This document shows positions 47,628 to 57,082 of a DNA stretch of 64,000 bases, piece by piece. The translations under genes and the position numbers were made by a program. Source of the stretch: a virus; IMG/VR virus record IMGVR_UViG_640753020_000004; one strand, written 5' to 3'. Each line of letters starts with the position of its first letter. The first letter of the stretch is position 1. Under the pieces are notes generated by a model that worked only from the letters and a program-made list of their open reading frames with translations, did no database searches and had not been told where the DNA came from.

Positions 47628-47924
47628 TTAAGAAAGAATAATTCTATATTTCATGCCACCATTAAAATTAAAAATCAATTCTTTATTCGTAAAACTAATA
47701 TCCAAAACTCCATCTTCCGTTATCGTGACCATTGGAGCAATAGACTTTACGCCAACGTCACACCCACACTCGAAAAGTGTAATCGTTGATTCTGCTACAC
47801 CTTTACTTTTGGGTTTTCCCCAATCTTCTTCCTTGAAATCTTCTATGCAGAATACTCTCTCTATTTTATTATTATCTATGATATTACATGCTTTCTCAAA
47901 AGAAATGTCCATATTTTCCCCCAT
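47628..47924 (-). CDS. Hypothetical protein
   Basis: Open frame with a GAGG RBS. Confidence 0.55.
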   Translation of the reverse strand: MGENMDISFEKACNIIDNNKIERVFCIEDFKEEDWGKPKSKGVAESTITLFECGCDVGVKSIAPMVTITEDGVLDISFTNKELIFNFNGGMKYRIILS

Positions 47925-48030
47925 ACATCCTCTTTAATATTATCCTAATATATAGTACTATTTCCTTTGAGTAAAAGCAAGGCCCCATTTAACCCTGGAG
48001 CCAGAGGTTTATTTTAAGAGGGTATTAAAA

Positions 48031-48477
48031 TTAAAATTTAACTTTATTTTCATTTGCCAATCTTCTCGGAGTGTCCCATGTAACTACAGGAGCAACCTCT
48101 TTATTTATTACTATATCCCCGTCAGGATTCGTTTTATATATAGACCTATTCTTTTTTACAAACGCACTATCACCTATATATTTATTTGCTTCATAGTTAA
48201 CTGCCTTTACCACCTCTCGTCTACATGTTAAGGCAACCCTATGTTCACATTTTAAATTACTAAAATTTCTTTGGATGCATTTTTCTACAGTATCTTTTTT
48301 AATATTTAATTTTCTAGCAATCTCAGGGGCTGTTAACCCATCTAAATACAAAATCTTAACTTCTTCTTTATTTAACACAGCTCTCAAATCATCAGCTCCT
48401 AAAAAAGAATATAGTTCACCCAAACCATAAAAGTGGACATGTTTTATTTTTACCAAATTGAATTCTTTGAATTTCAT
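48031..48477 (-). CDS. HTH DNA-binding protein (true start probably internal, near LNKEEVKILY)
   Basis: LYLDGLTAPEIARKLNIKKDTVEKCIQRN HTH. Confidence 0.65.
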   Translation of the reverse strand: MKFKEFNLVKIKHVHFYGLGELYSFLGADDLRAVLNKEEVKILYLDGLTAPEIARKLNIKKDTVEKCIQRNFSNLKCEHRVALTCRREVVKAVNYEANKYIGDSAFVKKNRSIYKTNPDGDIVINKEVAPVVTWDTPRRLANENKVKF

Positions 48478-48481
48478 TTAT

Positions 48482-48570
48482 ATTATATACTATTTCTTAA
48501 TGTATTTTGTCCCAACTTTGTCCTATTTTTGTCTCAAATTTGTCTCATTTTTGTCCTATTTTTGTCTCAA
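48482..48570 (-). promoter_or_regulatory. Late promoter with six tandem 11-bp activator-binding repeats
   Basis: GGACAAA/AGACAAA units at an exact 11-bp period (GTC at 48509, 48520, 48531, 48542, 48553, 48564), then TATAAT (48487-48482); directly downstream of the RinA/ArpU-like gene. Confidence 0.75.
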
Positions 48571-48607
48571 GATTTTTTAAGATTAAAAAAGGCAACAGCA
48601 TTATTTT

Positions 48608-49078
48608 TCAGCTATTACCATACACCCCTTCCCACTTAACAATATCCTCCAGTATATCCTCTCGCCACCTATAGGCAGTGCTTCTCACGCCACCATACAT
48701 TTCATTTGCTATCCACCCAACACCCTTGTTTAGCTTGTACTTATAAATAATAAATTGCATAATTTCTTCTGATAGTGGAGGGACTGTCAGGACTTTCTTC
48801 AACAGAGCTGTATTTCTTTTTAACTGCCTTATCCTGGACATATTCTTACGGAATTTTCTATTTACATATTTTAGTTCACTCTTAAGCTCCTTAATTTCTT
48901 TTGCATCTTCCTTTTCACTCGAGTGCTTTATATCCCACTGGATACTTTCCTCCTGATCCTGCAGGTCTTTACATTCCAATTCCAAAGCTTCCATCTCTTT
49001 CAAATCCCTAAAATAGCCATACAGCTTACCTTCTGTTCTTTTAAATGTTTCTTTGTCCAACATACAGTTCCCTCCCAT
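48608..49078 (-). CDS. Late transcriptional activator (RinA/ArpU-like)
   Basis: FKRTEGKLYGY N-terminus; C-terminal HTH (YKYK...WIANEM..RSTAYRWREDIL); last gene before the late promoter. Confidence 0.75.
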   Translation of the reverse strand: MGGNCMLDKETFKRTEGKLYGYFRDLKEMEALELECKDLQDQEESIQWDIKHSSEKEDAKEIKELKSELKYVNRKFRKNMSRIRQLKRNTALLKKVLTVPPLSEEIMQFIIYKYKLNKGVGWIANEMYGGVRSTAYRWREDILEDIVKWEGVYGNS

Positions 49079-49111
49079 GTACTTATTTAATTATGTCTAA
49101 TTTCTAACCCC

Positions 49112-49726
49112 TCACTTACCCATCTGCTTCAAATCATCCTTAAAAGCCCTGGAATTACAAATCATATTGACATATTCTTTTATTTTAAGCTTCGGAACCT
49201 TAGTACTTTCCTTTTTCTTCTCTATATCAACATCAATTTGTTTTATGGTTAGGTTAAGAGAATTAATTTCTTCCTGCAGCAATTGGATTTTATCAAAATA
49301 CCTTTCTCTTTCCAGAGTTTTGGCATTTACATAATCGACTATGGATCTTTCACTTTCTTCTAAATCTTCCTTCAGTAAATTTATTTCCATCAGAAGATCC
49401 TTAACAATATTTCTATTGGTTTTCCCAGGGAACCCAAAGTCTACTTTAATAAGTGTAACAATTACTGATTCATCTTTACTCAAAACAAGGAGTATATCAT
49501 CCTTCACGTAAAATCTCCTGACTACCTTATCCTCACCAATCCGGTCCTCTATTAAGAAATCAGAATAAGTAAATATCTTATTTACATCCTGTATTATACG
49601 TTCATTATTGGCTGCCACATATTCCTGGACAGCAAAGTTACCAGTTATACCTTTCACTCTTTCTACATATCTCGTTTTGCAGTGTTTGGTCAAATCTATA
49701 TGTTTACGTTCTGCCATTACTTCCAT
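49112..49726 (-). CDS. Hypothetical phage protein
   Basis: Open frame, LTKHCKTRYVER motif, C-terminal coiled coil. Confidence 0.6.
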   Translation of the reverse strand: MEVMAERKHIDLTKHCKTRYVERVKGITGNFAVQEYVAANNERIIQDVNKIFTYSDFLIEDRIGEDKVVRRFYVKDDILLVLSKDESVIVTLIKVDFGFPGKTNRNIVKDLLMEINLLKEDLEESERSIVDYVNAKTLERERYFDKIQLLQEEINSLNLTIKQIDVDIEKKKESTKVPKLKIKEYVNMICNSRAFKDDLKQMGK

Positions 49727-49750
49727 ACAATCCCTCCATGCCCATTCTTT

Positions 49751-49951
49751 TTAAACTAACTTTCTACCGCATATAGGACAATACTTTATCTTAAAATGTC
49801 CTTGTGCAAGTCTATGCCTAAATAATACTATTCTAGGTTTATCACCTTTCAGTTGAAATATTACAGCTTCATTAGGTTGTGTTTCTTTACTGTCAGGGCT
49901 TTTATTTACAAGAATGCTTTTTCCATATTCACCGTCACAATATTGGCACAT
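49751..49951 (-). CDS. Small zinc-binding protein
   Basis: MCQYC..IKYCPICGRKL. Confidence 0.7.
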   Translation of the reverse strand: MCQYCDGEYGKSILVNKSPDSKETQPNEAVIFQLKGDKPRIVLFRHRLAQGHFKIKYCPICGRKLV

Positions 49952-49973
49952 AAGCTATTCCTCCTTAACTTAT

Positions 49974-50135
49974 TTACCTCCCATGCCTGTCCCATTCCTT
50001 TTTAAAATTCTTATAACTCTTAGCACTTTCCTTCCTGCAATTCCTAACAACTACATAAAGGCCTATTATCCCAACTATACTCAACAGAACCCATGCTCCC
50101 AAAAACACATACCCTAATTTTATTAAATGTTCCAT
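49974..50135 (-). CDS. Single-TM small membrane protein (53 aa; not in the ORF track)
   Basis: MEHLIKLGYVFLGAWVLLSIVGIIGLYVVVRN..; AGGTGAG RBS. Confidence 0.55.
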   Translation of the reverse strand: MEHLIKLGYVFLGAWVLLSIVGIIGLYVVVRNCRKESAKSYKNFKKEWDRHGR

Positions 50136-50158
50136 CTACTCACCTTTTCCATAATCAT

Positions 50159-50536
50159 CTATTTAACATTTCTAAAAAGCTTTATCTTATCTACCGTATT
50201 TAAAAAATCATATATGGTTTTCCTTTTCATTTCTCTTGTAAAGGCCATTTCATAACGCTTAACAAAATCATCTGCTGCAATATCTAATATGTTAAGATTA
50301 TTTCCACTTTCATTTTTTGTATTTGCTTCATTGGGTGTATTTGCTTTATTGACTTTTGCTAAATTATTTTTTAACCATTCATGAGCCTCATTAACTTTTT
50401 TCATTTCTTCATCTTTCCCTGTAATATCAGGATGAACCTCTTTTGCTTTAGCTCTATATGCTTTTGAAAGCTGTTCTTCTGATATCGGAAACTTTTTTTC
50501 CATTCCTAAAACCTTAAAGGCTTCATTGGCATTCAT
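50159..50536 (-). CDS. J-domain (DnaJ-like) protein
   Basis: AFKVLG..LSKAYRAKAKEVHPD..MKKVNEAHEWL with an intact HPD. Confidence 0.85.
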   Translation of the reverse strand: MNANEAFKVLGMEKKFPISEEQLSKAYRAKAKEVHPDITGKDEEMKKVNEAHEWLKNNLAKVNKANTPNEANTKNESGNNLNILDIAADDFVKRYEMAFTREMKRKTIYDFLNTVDKIKLFRNVK

Positions 50537-50854
50537 CTAATCACCTTCCTTCAATTTAACGCTTACAACCAAAGGATCATCCTTTAGATGCTTTCTAGTA
50601 TAAACCAAGCTATATGGTAACAAACTTGTCAAACACCCTTTTATACCCCATATAATTAAAAATGGTGCTGTAATTATAACTCCAACAACAGATAAAATAA
50701 GTTTGAATAACCCAAGATATGTTTCCTTTATATTCTTAAAATAATATCCTTTATTTCTAAAAACAAATACATACTGAATTCTCTTATTTGGATTATATTT
50801 AATTCTAATTTTTTTCAATATTCTCTGCTGCTGAATAGTTTTTATTATAGTCAT
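50537..50854 (-). CDS. Hypothetical membrane protein
   Basis: Hydrophobic segment LILSVVGVIITAPFLIIWG. Confidence 0.55.
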   Translation of the reverse strand: MTIIKTIQQQRILKKIRIKYNPNKRIQYVFVFRNKGYYFKNIKETYLGLFKLILSVVGVIITAPFLIIWGIKGCLTSLLPYSLVYTRKHLKDDPLVVSVKLKEGD

Positions 50855-51017
50855 CTACTCACCTTCTTTAAATTCCCATGTATAATAAATCCAATTTTGC
50901 ACATACTATCTTTGTGTTCCATTATGTAATTATGTTTTAATGTATGTGTAACATAATTAATCCTTATGCCGGGGATTATTTATCCCCGGTGTTTAGTTTT
51001 ATTACAAAGTATTTGTA

Positions 51018-51329
51018 TCACGAATCAACTTCTAGCCACTGATCAATTAATCCATACAATTGAACAGCATCCCAGGAATATTCAGCCTCTATACAAATAT
51101 GTTGACCACCAAGCTCCCCAAATGTAATTCTTACAGTCCCTCCTATTTCATCATCCCATATAAATTCAAAGCCATTTTCAATAGACATTACATTGTCTGG
51201 TGTTGCAATGTCTTTAAATTTCATTTCATCTATACTTAAACTTGATTCATCAGCTATATGCTTTTTTAAAGAATTATTGATATCTTTATCCATATCATGG
51301 TATATGAATAAGACGTTTTTTAACTCCAT
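51018..51329 (-). CDS. Hypothetical protein
   Basis: Open frame with RBS. Confidence 0.55.
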   Translation of the reverse strand: MELKNVLFIYHDMDKDINNSLKKHIADESSLSIDEMKFKDIATPDNVMSIENGFEFIWDDEIGGTVRITFGELGGQHICIEAEYSWDAVQLYGLIDQWLEVDS

Positions 51330-51337
51330 ATTTACAC

Positions 51338-51667
51338 CTACTTCCTACTTGCATTAAAATTAACCTCTGCACAAGCCTCACAACCCCTGTCAACCAACTT
51401 TTTATTATGCCTATGGAATCCCTGGACTATGTCAAAATTCTCTCTAAAAAGCTTGGCCAAGATTCCTATACCCACCTGAATAACGTCCAGCACCTCTTCC
51501 ATTATCTTTTTCTTATCTCCAGAGGAGAGAGCTTCACACAGCTCTCCTGCTTCCTCCAAAACTTTCTTTTTCCAATCCTGCCAGGTCATTGTCCTGTGGT
51601 CTATTTTATTACCTTTGCGGTCTATTAGTTTTCTAAGCACCATTAGCTTTAGTTTCAATGTGTTCAC
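51338..51667 (-). CDS. MazG-like nucleotide pyrophosphohydrolase
   Basis: KVLEEAGELCEA..IMEEVLDVIQ (EExxE/EExxD). Confidence 0.8.
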   Translation of the reverse strand: MNTLKLKLMVLRKLIDRKGNKIDHRTMTWQDWKKKVLEEAGELCEALSSGDKKKIMEEVLDVIQVGIGILAKLFRENFDIVQGFHRHNKKLVDRGCEACAEVNFNASRK

Positions 51668-51807
51668 CTTCTCAATTCTTCAATTTGTCTTATATATCCA
51701 GAAGCCATAGCTTTATACTGTTCTGGCCTATCTGGTAATAGCTTTTCTTTTAGGCATTGCAAGCTCTTTTCTAGTCTATCTATTTGTTCCTTCTTGGATT
51801 TATCCAT
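51664..51807 (-). CDS. Small hypothetical protein (47 aa)
   Basis: MDKSKKEQIDRLEKSL..; open frame overlapping the MazG start. Confidence 0.5.
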   Translation of the reverse strand: MDKSKKEQIDRLEKSLQCLKEKLLPDRPEQYKAMASGYIRQIEELRR

Positions 51808-51821
51808 ACATCACACTTCTT

Positions 51822-52448
51822 TCAATTAGCTTTATCAAATATACTTACTTGCCTATCTGCCTTTTTAAGCATACTGAAATCACTATCATCAAACCCATCA
51901 AGTATGTTAGGTATTGGACTCATGGTAGTTTCCCATCCATAACCCATGGTCCCTATTATCTCTTTCTATCCTTTTACATCAGGTGTTCTTAGTTTGTCCC
52001 CATCTATTTGCTTTAGGCAGCTATAAATCAACGCAATTATCTGTTCTTTAGAGATTCTCTCCGTCCAGAATTCTCTGCTTTCAATGATGAATTCATAACC
52101 TGTAAGAATTGTAAGCTGCTTTGGAGCTTTCTTAATCCACATGACATCATCATCACGCTTTAATTCATCTCCCATATAGTCCGTATCCTCAATGAATAAA
52201 ATCTTATTTATATTTACACTTGTAAATTCAGGAACCTTCTCTTTGAACTTGTCTTTTATTTTTTGAGCTAGAGGAGCATAGAATTCATTCTTTATCCAAT
52301 GTCTAGAATCATATTTTCCGTTATTCAATTCTCTTATCTTTTGTATTACCCCATTTCCAGTGGACTGAACATACTGCAAATTAAATCCCGAACATTCTAT
52401 TTCTCTCACATGTCCAGTGCGGTCATCAATTATCTTTATTCTAGGCAT
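51822..52448 (-). pseudogene. Phage metallopeptidase-like gene with an in-frame TAG at 51968-51966
   Basis: The frame continues KEIIGTMGYGWETTMSPIPNILD..KAN to TGA at 51822. Confidence 0.5.
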
Positions 52449-52857
52449 TTTTCTTACTCTCCCTTCTTCTTTTCTTCAACTCCTTGAAGTCTATCCAGCC
52501 ACTTTCACTGTACTTCAGGCTTCTTGAAACCCACCTGAAATCCATAGTTGGATGAAGATATTTAAGCATTTTAAATTTAAGCTCTCCTTGTGGTGTACTA
52601 TCACCCTTAACATCAATATAAGTTTCCGTACCATCAAGGTTGTATATTAAAAAATCCAAAGTATACGTAGCCGGTCTTTCCTTTTTGCCCTTATATTCAA
52701 AAGCCGGTATAAGAGTAAACTTAGGCTGCAATTCAAAATTTTCTATTTCACCTTTGGCCTTAAGTTTTTTCAGATATTCATAATACCTGGCTTCATCTTT
52801 AGAATCAAAGGTTATTCCGTCAACCATTGATTTTTTAGCATTATATTTACTTCTCAT
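52441..52857 (-). CDS. DUF1064 endonuclease-like protein
   Basis: SKYNAKK..VDGITFDSKDEARYY, LQPKF.L, YTLDF.I, IDVKG. Confidence 0.9.
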   Translation of the reverse strand: MRSKYNAKKSMVDGITFDSKDEARYYEYLKKLKAKGEIENFELQPKFTLIPAFEYKGKKERPATYTLDFLIYNLDGTETYIDVKGDSTPQGELKFKMLKYLHPTMDFRWVSRSLKYSESGWIDFKELKKRRRESKKNA

Positions 52858-52861
52858 GCCA

Positions 52862-53044
52862 TCACCTTCTATTCACCAGATTTTCCGCATATCTAAGCTG
52901 CTGCTTAATGTATGGATCATCAATGCTACTTCCTTCTCCACTCATCCAATCGGTAATTCTTTTATTTATATCCTCTATAGCTTGAATTGGCAACTTGTTT
53001 AAATTTCTATTCAAATCTTCCATGGATTTAATTTCTATCCTCAC
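52862..53044 (-). CDS. Small hypothetical protein
   Basis: DINKRITDW..G..DPYIKQQLRYA. Confidence 0.6.
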   Translation of the reverse strand: MRIEIKSMEDLNRNLNKLPIQAIEDINKRITDWMSGEGSSIDDPYIKQQLRYAENLVNRR

Positions 53045-53769
53045 ATAACCACTTCCTTAAGCTCCATAAATTCCTGAATTTCTGCAATTATATCTTTTAA
53101 ATCTTCTATTTTTACATCTATACTTTTGGACTGTGGCGTATACAAAGTAACATATTTGCCTTCTATAGAAAAACTTAACTTTTCGCCTTCCAATCTAACT
53201 ATTTTCAATCTTTTCTTAGAATCTTTCGCCGGTCCTTCGCAGTCCTTCGCCGATTTATCAGCTGGCTTCGCTGGCTTATTATTCACAGCAGCAGTCTCTT
53301 TTTCAAACTTAGTATTTTCACACAACTCATTTATTTCATCCTCTGTCATCTTTGTTACCTCTAATTTTTTATTTTCTTCTTTGGTTTTTCTTTTCTTAGC
53401 CAATTCCTCCAACCTGAATTTTGCAGTATGCTCTTCCAAGTTAAATTTATTTGCAATGCATTTAATTGTTCCGGGACTTATCGAAGGATAGCTAAAGCCA
53501 CTTTTCTTCAATTCCTCAAGTATCATTTCATCTGTTAAATTTGGTTTCTTTTCTATTTCTTCCTCTTCACCTTCTCCAAAAATATAATCTGCTGCTTTTT
53601 CTGCCACCTCATCAACGGAACTTGGATTTTGAGCTTTCCACCTGGAGTAATAGTTCTCTGCTGTCAACCTAGTTATTCCAAATTTACTAACTGCACCTTT
53701 TAATAAATCTCCTTTTTCTTGTCCTTTGTTACTGCTAAAATATTCAAAGCACTTTTCTTTATAGCTCAT
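53041..53769 (-). CDS. Hypothetical phage protein
   Basis: Open frame, coupled to its neighbours. Confidence 0.6.
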   Translation of the reverse strand: MSYKEKCFEYFSSNKGQEKGDLLKGAVSKFGITRLTAENYYSRWKAQNPSSVDEVAEKAADYIFGEGEEEEIEKKPNLTDEMILEELKKSGFSYPSISPGTIKCIANKFNLEEHTAKFRLEELAKKRKTKEENKKLEVTKMTEDEINELCENTKFEKETAAVNNKPAKPADKSAKDCEGPAKDSKKRLKIVRLEGEKLSFSIEGKYVTLYTPQSKSIDVKIEDLKDIIAEIQEFMELKEVVM

Positions 53770-53785
53770 TAATATTCACTCCTTT

Positions 53786-53902
53786 TTATTTAACAATGCA
53801 ATATTCACCGCATATCAAACATCTTTTAATAATTCCACCCGACCTAGTTTTGCCAACACTTTTCCAGTAATGATTGCACATCTTAGGACTTTTCTTTTTC
53901 AT
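53786..53902 (-). CDS. Small Cys/His peptide (38 aa)
   Basis: CNHYW..RCLICG; AGGTGAG RBS. Confidence 0.5.
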   Translation of the reverse strand: MKKKSPKMCNHYWKSVGKTRSGGIIKRCLICGEYCIVK

Positions 53903-54037
53903 CTTTCTCACCTACTACACTATTACTCTAAAACTCTAATACAGCCTTTTTAAACCTATCTTAATTTCAAGACGATTAATTATACTACTTGTCCCCTTTC
54001 CTTTTGAATTTGCTATGCCTATGGCTTGAATTGGCTG

Positions 54038-54256
54038 TTATTTATACAATCCTTTGGGACTAAACTTATTTACATTGCATTCATCACAACTTTGAGCAGT
54101 GTTTTTAATGACTTTCTTGCTACTCCTCCAGCAGTGCAGACATTTATTTTTAATTAACTTCTTTCCACATTTTGCACAAAAGTTGCATGGCATTTTATTT
54201 TTATGGCCACAATGAGGGCATTCAAACATTGTGGAATATTTGGATTTATAAATCAT
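54038..54256 (-). CDS. Double zinc-ribbon protein
   Basis: CPHCG, CAKCG, CLHC, CDEC. Confidence 0.7.
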   Translation of the reverse strand: MIYKSKYSTMFECPHCGHKNKMPCNFCAKCGKKLIKNKCLHCWRSSKKVIKNTAQSCDECNVNKFSPKGLYK

Positions 54257-54675
54257 ACAACCTGCACCTCTCCCACACAGAACTCCGCATACCTAAAACT
54301 TTCCCGTCTGTTGTTTTCATTCTTCTTCCATTTAACTAGCACAAGGTAATCTGTACTATCAGCCACGATACCTTTTATGACTTTATATTTTCCACGACTG
54401 ATTCCCACTTTTAGAGTTATCTTCTCCCCTAGCCTAAAATCCTTCTTCATCCTCCGAATACTCTCCGTAGTGTAGAATGAATCCCTGGGAAGTGTAGGTA
54501 ATTTACGTTGTATGGGTAAACCTAATTCAGCCCCTATCATGCTCACAAGCGAAGCACTGCACCCCAATTTCTTCGCCATATCCTTCTTAGGTATGATTTC
54601 CCAGTTGTCTCTTATAAAGTCCAAATCTTCTTTTTTTCTTTCGAATGCAACTGCCATTTTTATCACCTCAATCAA
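54253..54675 (-). CDS. Hypothetical DNA-binding phage protein
   Basis: HTH-like N-terminus (KKDMAKKLGCSASLV). Confidence 0.55.
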   Translation of the reverse strand: MIEVIKMAVAFERKKEDLDFIRDNWEIIPKKDMAKKLGCSASLVSMIGAELGLPIQRKLPTLPRDSFYTTESIRRMKKDFRLGEKITLKVGISRGKYKVIKGIVADSTDYLVLVKWKKNENNRRESFRYAEFCVGEVQVV

Positions 54676-55499
54676 ACAATTTTCATCTGCTCCTCTACCT
54701 GAGGCTTATAGTTCATGAGAATTAATTCAGTCCGGACCGGACACTTGTCTCCATCACTTCTGACCTCAATCTGTGAAGCTGTATTGTATTCAACCCTGTA
54801 CCATCCGGAATATAATTCATCAATCAATGGATCCGGATAATAACAAACCATGGCTTTGCCTTTTATTTTTTCAAGTCTCCTTCTTAGCCTCAAATGGTCC
54901 TCTGGTTGAAATCCACCTGCATAAATATTTTCATAGCCTACATAGGGTGGGTCCAGGAAGAACAATGTATCTTCCGTATCGTAGAAATCAATTACCTCCT
55001 GAAAATCCCTGCAGAGTATATTCCATGTCTTGATTATTTGGGCCATCTTAGGTATTAAGTTAACTGCGGACCTGTAAGTCCCAGCCTTGTCCTGAGTCTT
55101 TGAAAGTCCCAATCCATTTCTATACTTGTGGCCTCCTCCTGAGAATGTCAATCGCATCTTGTAGAAGAACCTGACAGCTCTCTCTAAACTGTCCTCAGGT
55201 AGGGGGTCCCATTTGTATTTTTTATAAAGAGCTTCACTGTATGGCAGCCCATCACATGCATGAAATAATTCTTCCGGTCTATCCCTTAAAACAAGCATGT
55301 AGTTTATAAGCTCATCATTTTTATCATTGACAACTGTTATTTTGGCCGGAGACTTAACACTCTTGTAAAAAGTCACAGCCCCACTTCCAAAAGTACAGTC
55401 CGCAAATATTTTATGTTTAGGCATAAGCTCCAGGTACCGTTCTTCCTTGCCATGTTTGCCGCCAATCCACTTTATGTTGGTTAAATTCTTAAGTTTCAC
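54672..55499 (-). CDS. Orphan DNA adenine methyltransferase (D12/Dam class)
   Basis: KWIGGK, variant motif I (DCTFGSGAV), ND.N.EL, FLDPPY, EL.LMNY. Confidence 0.9.
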   Translation of the reverse strand: MKLKNLTNIKWIGGKHGKEERYLELMPKHKIFADCTFGSGAVTFYKSVKSPAKITVVNDKNDELINYMLVLRDRPEELFHACDGLPYSEALYKKYKWDPLPEDSLERAVRFFYKMRLTFSGGGHKYRNGLGLSKTQDKAGTYRSAVNLIPKMAQIIKTWNILCRDFQEVIDFYDTEDTLFFLDPPYVGYENIYAGGFQPEDHLRLRRRLEKIKGKAMVCYYPDPLIDELYSGWYRVEYNTASQIEVRSDGDKCPVRTELILMNYKPQVEEQMKIV

Positions 55500-55735
55500 T
55501 ATCCACCATCCTCACTTTCTAACAAATTCTCGCATCCTGTAATTATGCTCGGCACCTTTAAAAACTATCTCATTGCTCTCTCTTTTTCCTCACGCATTAT
55601 TAAACGCTTGTATAATATAAACTCTATTAAGCCTTCCCTAAGTTCTTCTACTGGAGCCCTTTCTATGTCTTTCACGCTTATTTCATTGCTTCCACCCTTC
55701 AGGTAATTATAAATCTGCCACCTATTTACCATTTA

Positions 55736-57079
55736 CTATTCCCCTCTTCCAAATATTTCAGGGTTATAACTCCCCTCATGAACATAGTCCAGTTCTCTAA
55801 TCCTCTGGGTATTGCCATCCCAATACAATTTAACAGTTCCTGTCTTTCCATCCCTGCTCTTAGTTACAATAGCTTCCATGATATTTTTTTCCTCTGTTTC
55901 TGCGTTATAGTATTCATCCCTGTACAGCATAATAACTATATCTGCATCCTGTTCTATTGACCCTGATTCTCTTAGATCCGAAAGCATAGGTCTATGGTCC
56001 GATCTGGCCTCCGGTGCACGAGATAACTGGCATAAAACTACAATTGGTATTTTTAGTTCTTTAGCCAGATTCTTTAGTGCATCTGATATCCTGCTTAATT
56101 CCTGATTCCTGTTTTCACCCTGTCCCTGTATTTTCCCAATGTAGTCTATTACGATTAAATCCAGGTCATATTGCAGCTTGGCTTTTCGGGATTTGGAACG
56201 TATTTCATTTACCGTCTGGCCACCTTTATCGTCAAAGTATAATTTCTGCTGGCATATGAAATTGGCAGCACTAGCAAGTTTATTCCACTCAGGTGAAGTC
56301 AATTCTCCGGTCTTTATTCTCTCAAGTGGTATTTTTGTCAGACTTGAAAACAATCTGTTCATCAGTTTTTCTTTGGTCATTTCAAGACTAAATACCAACA
56401 CTGACTTACCCTGTTTTGCCACGTTTTCAGATATTTCAAGCATCATGGCACTTTTACCCATGCTGGGTCTTGCCGCAAGTATCACGTAGTCCCCTGGTTC
56501 CAGTCCTCCAGTCATGTTATCTATGGACTTTATGCCAGTTGCCAGGCCTGCCAATCCTCCGCCCTTATTGTAATTTTCTTCTATTTTTTCATAGGCATTC
56601 ATAGCAACTGTCTTGGCCGTGACTATCTCTGAATCCTTATAGCTGTTTATATCCAGAATCTTACTTTCTGCTTTATTTAAAATATCATCCACACTAGAGT
56701 TATTGCAGGCATCCAGCATCATTTCATTGGCTATTTTTATTATTTTTCTTTTATTGCTTTTGTCTTTTACTATCAAGGCGTACTCTTTTACGTTTGAAGT
56801 CGGAGTGTAGGCTCCCATAAGCTGTGACAGGTAAGTAATTCCCCCGATTTCTTTCAGCCCGTCTTTCAGCTGCTCACTCACTGTTAACAGGTCCATAGCT
56901 GCATTTTTTTCATGCAAATTCACTAGAGCTTTAAATATCACCTTGTGATTTTCTCTGTAAAAATCTTCAGGCGTAATTAATTCCAGAGCTATGTCCATGG
57001 CCTGATTATTGTTTAGTATAGTGCCTATAACTCCCCTTTCGGCCTCAATACTACTTGGCAAAGCTGTCACGTTATTCAA
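55736..57079 (-). CDS. dnaB: Replicative DNA helicase
   Basis: AARPSMGKS, FSLEM, IDY, QLSR, LSDLRESGSIEQDAD. Confidence 0.96.
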   Translation of the reverse strand: MNNVTALPSSIEAERGVIGTILNNNQAMDIALELITPEDFYRENHKVIFKALVNLHEKNAAMDLLTVSEQLKDGLKEIGGITYLSQLMGAYTPTSNVKEYALIVKDKSNKRKIIKIANEMMLDACNNSSVDDILNKAESKILDINSYKDSEIVTAKTVAMNAYEKIEENYNKGGGLAGLATGIKSIDNMTGGLEPGDYVILAARPSMGKSAMMLEISENVAKQGKSVLVFSLEMTKEKLMNRLFSSLTKIPLERIKTGELTSPEWNKLASAANFICQQKLYFDDKGGQTVNEIRSKSRKAKLQYDLDLIVIDYIGKIQGQGENRNQELSRISDALKNLAKELKIPIVVLCQLSRAPEARSDHRPMLSDLRESGSIEQDADIVIMLYRDEYYNAETEEKNIMEAIVTKSRDGKTGTVKLYWDGNTQRIRELDYVHEGSYNPEIFGRGE

Positions 57080-57082
57080 TTT

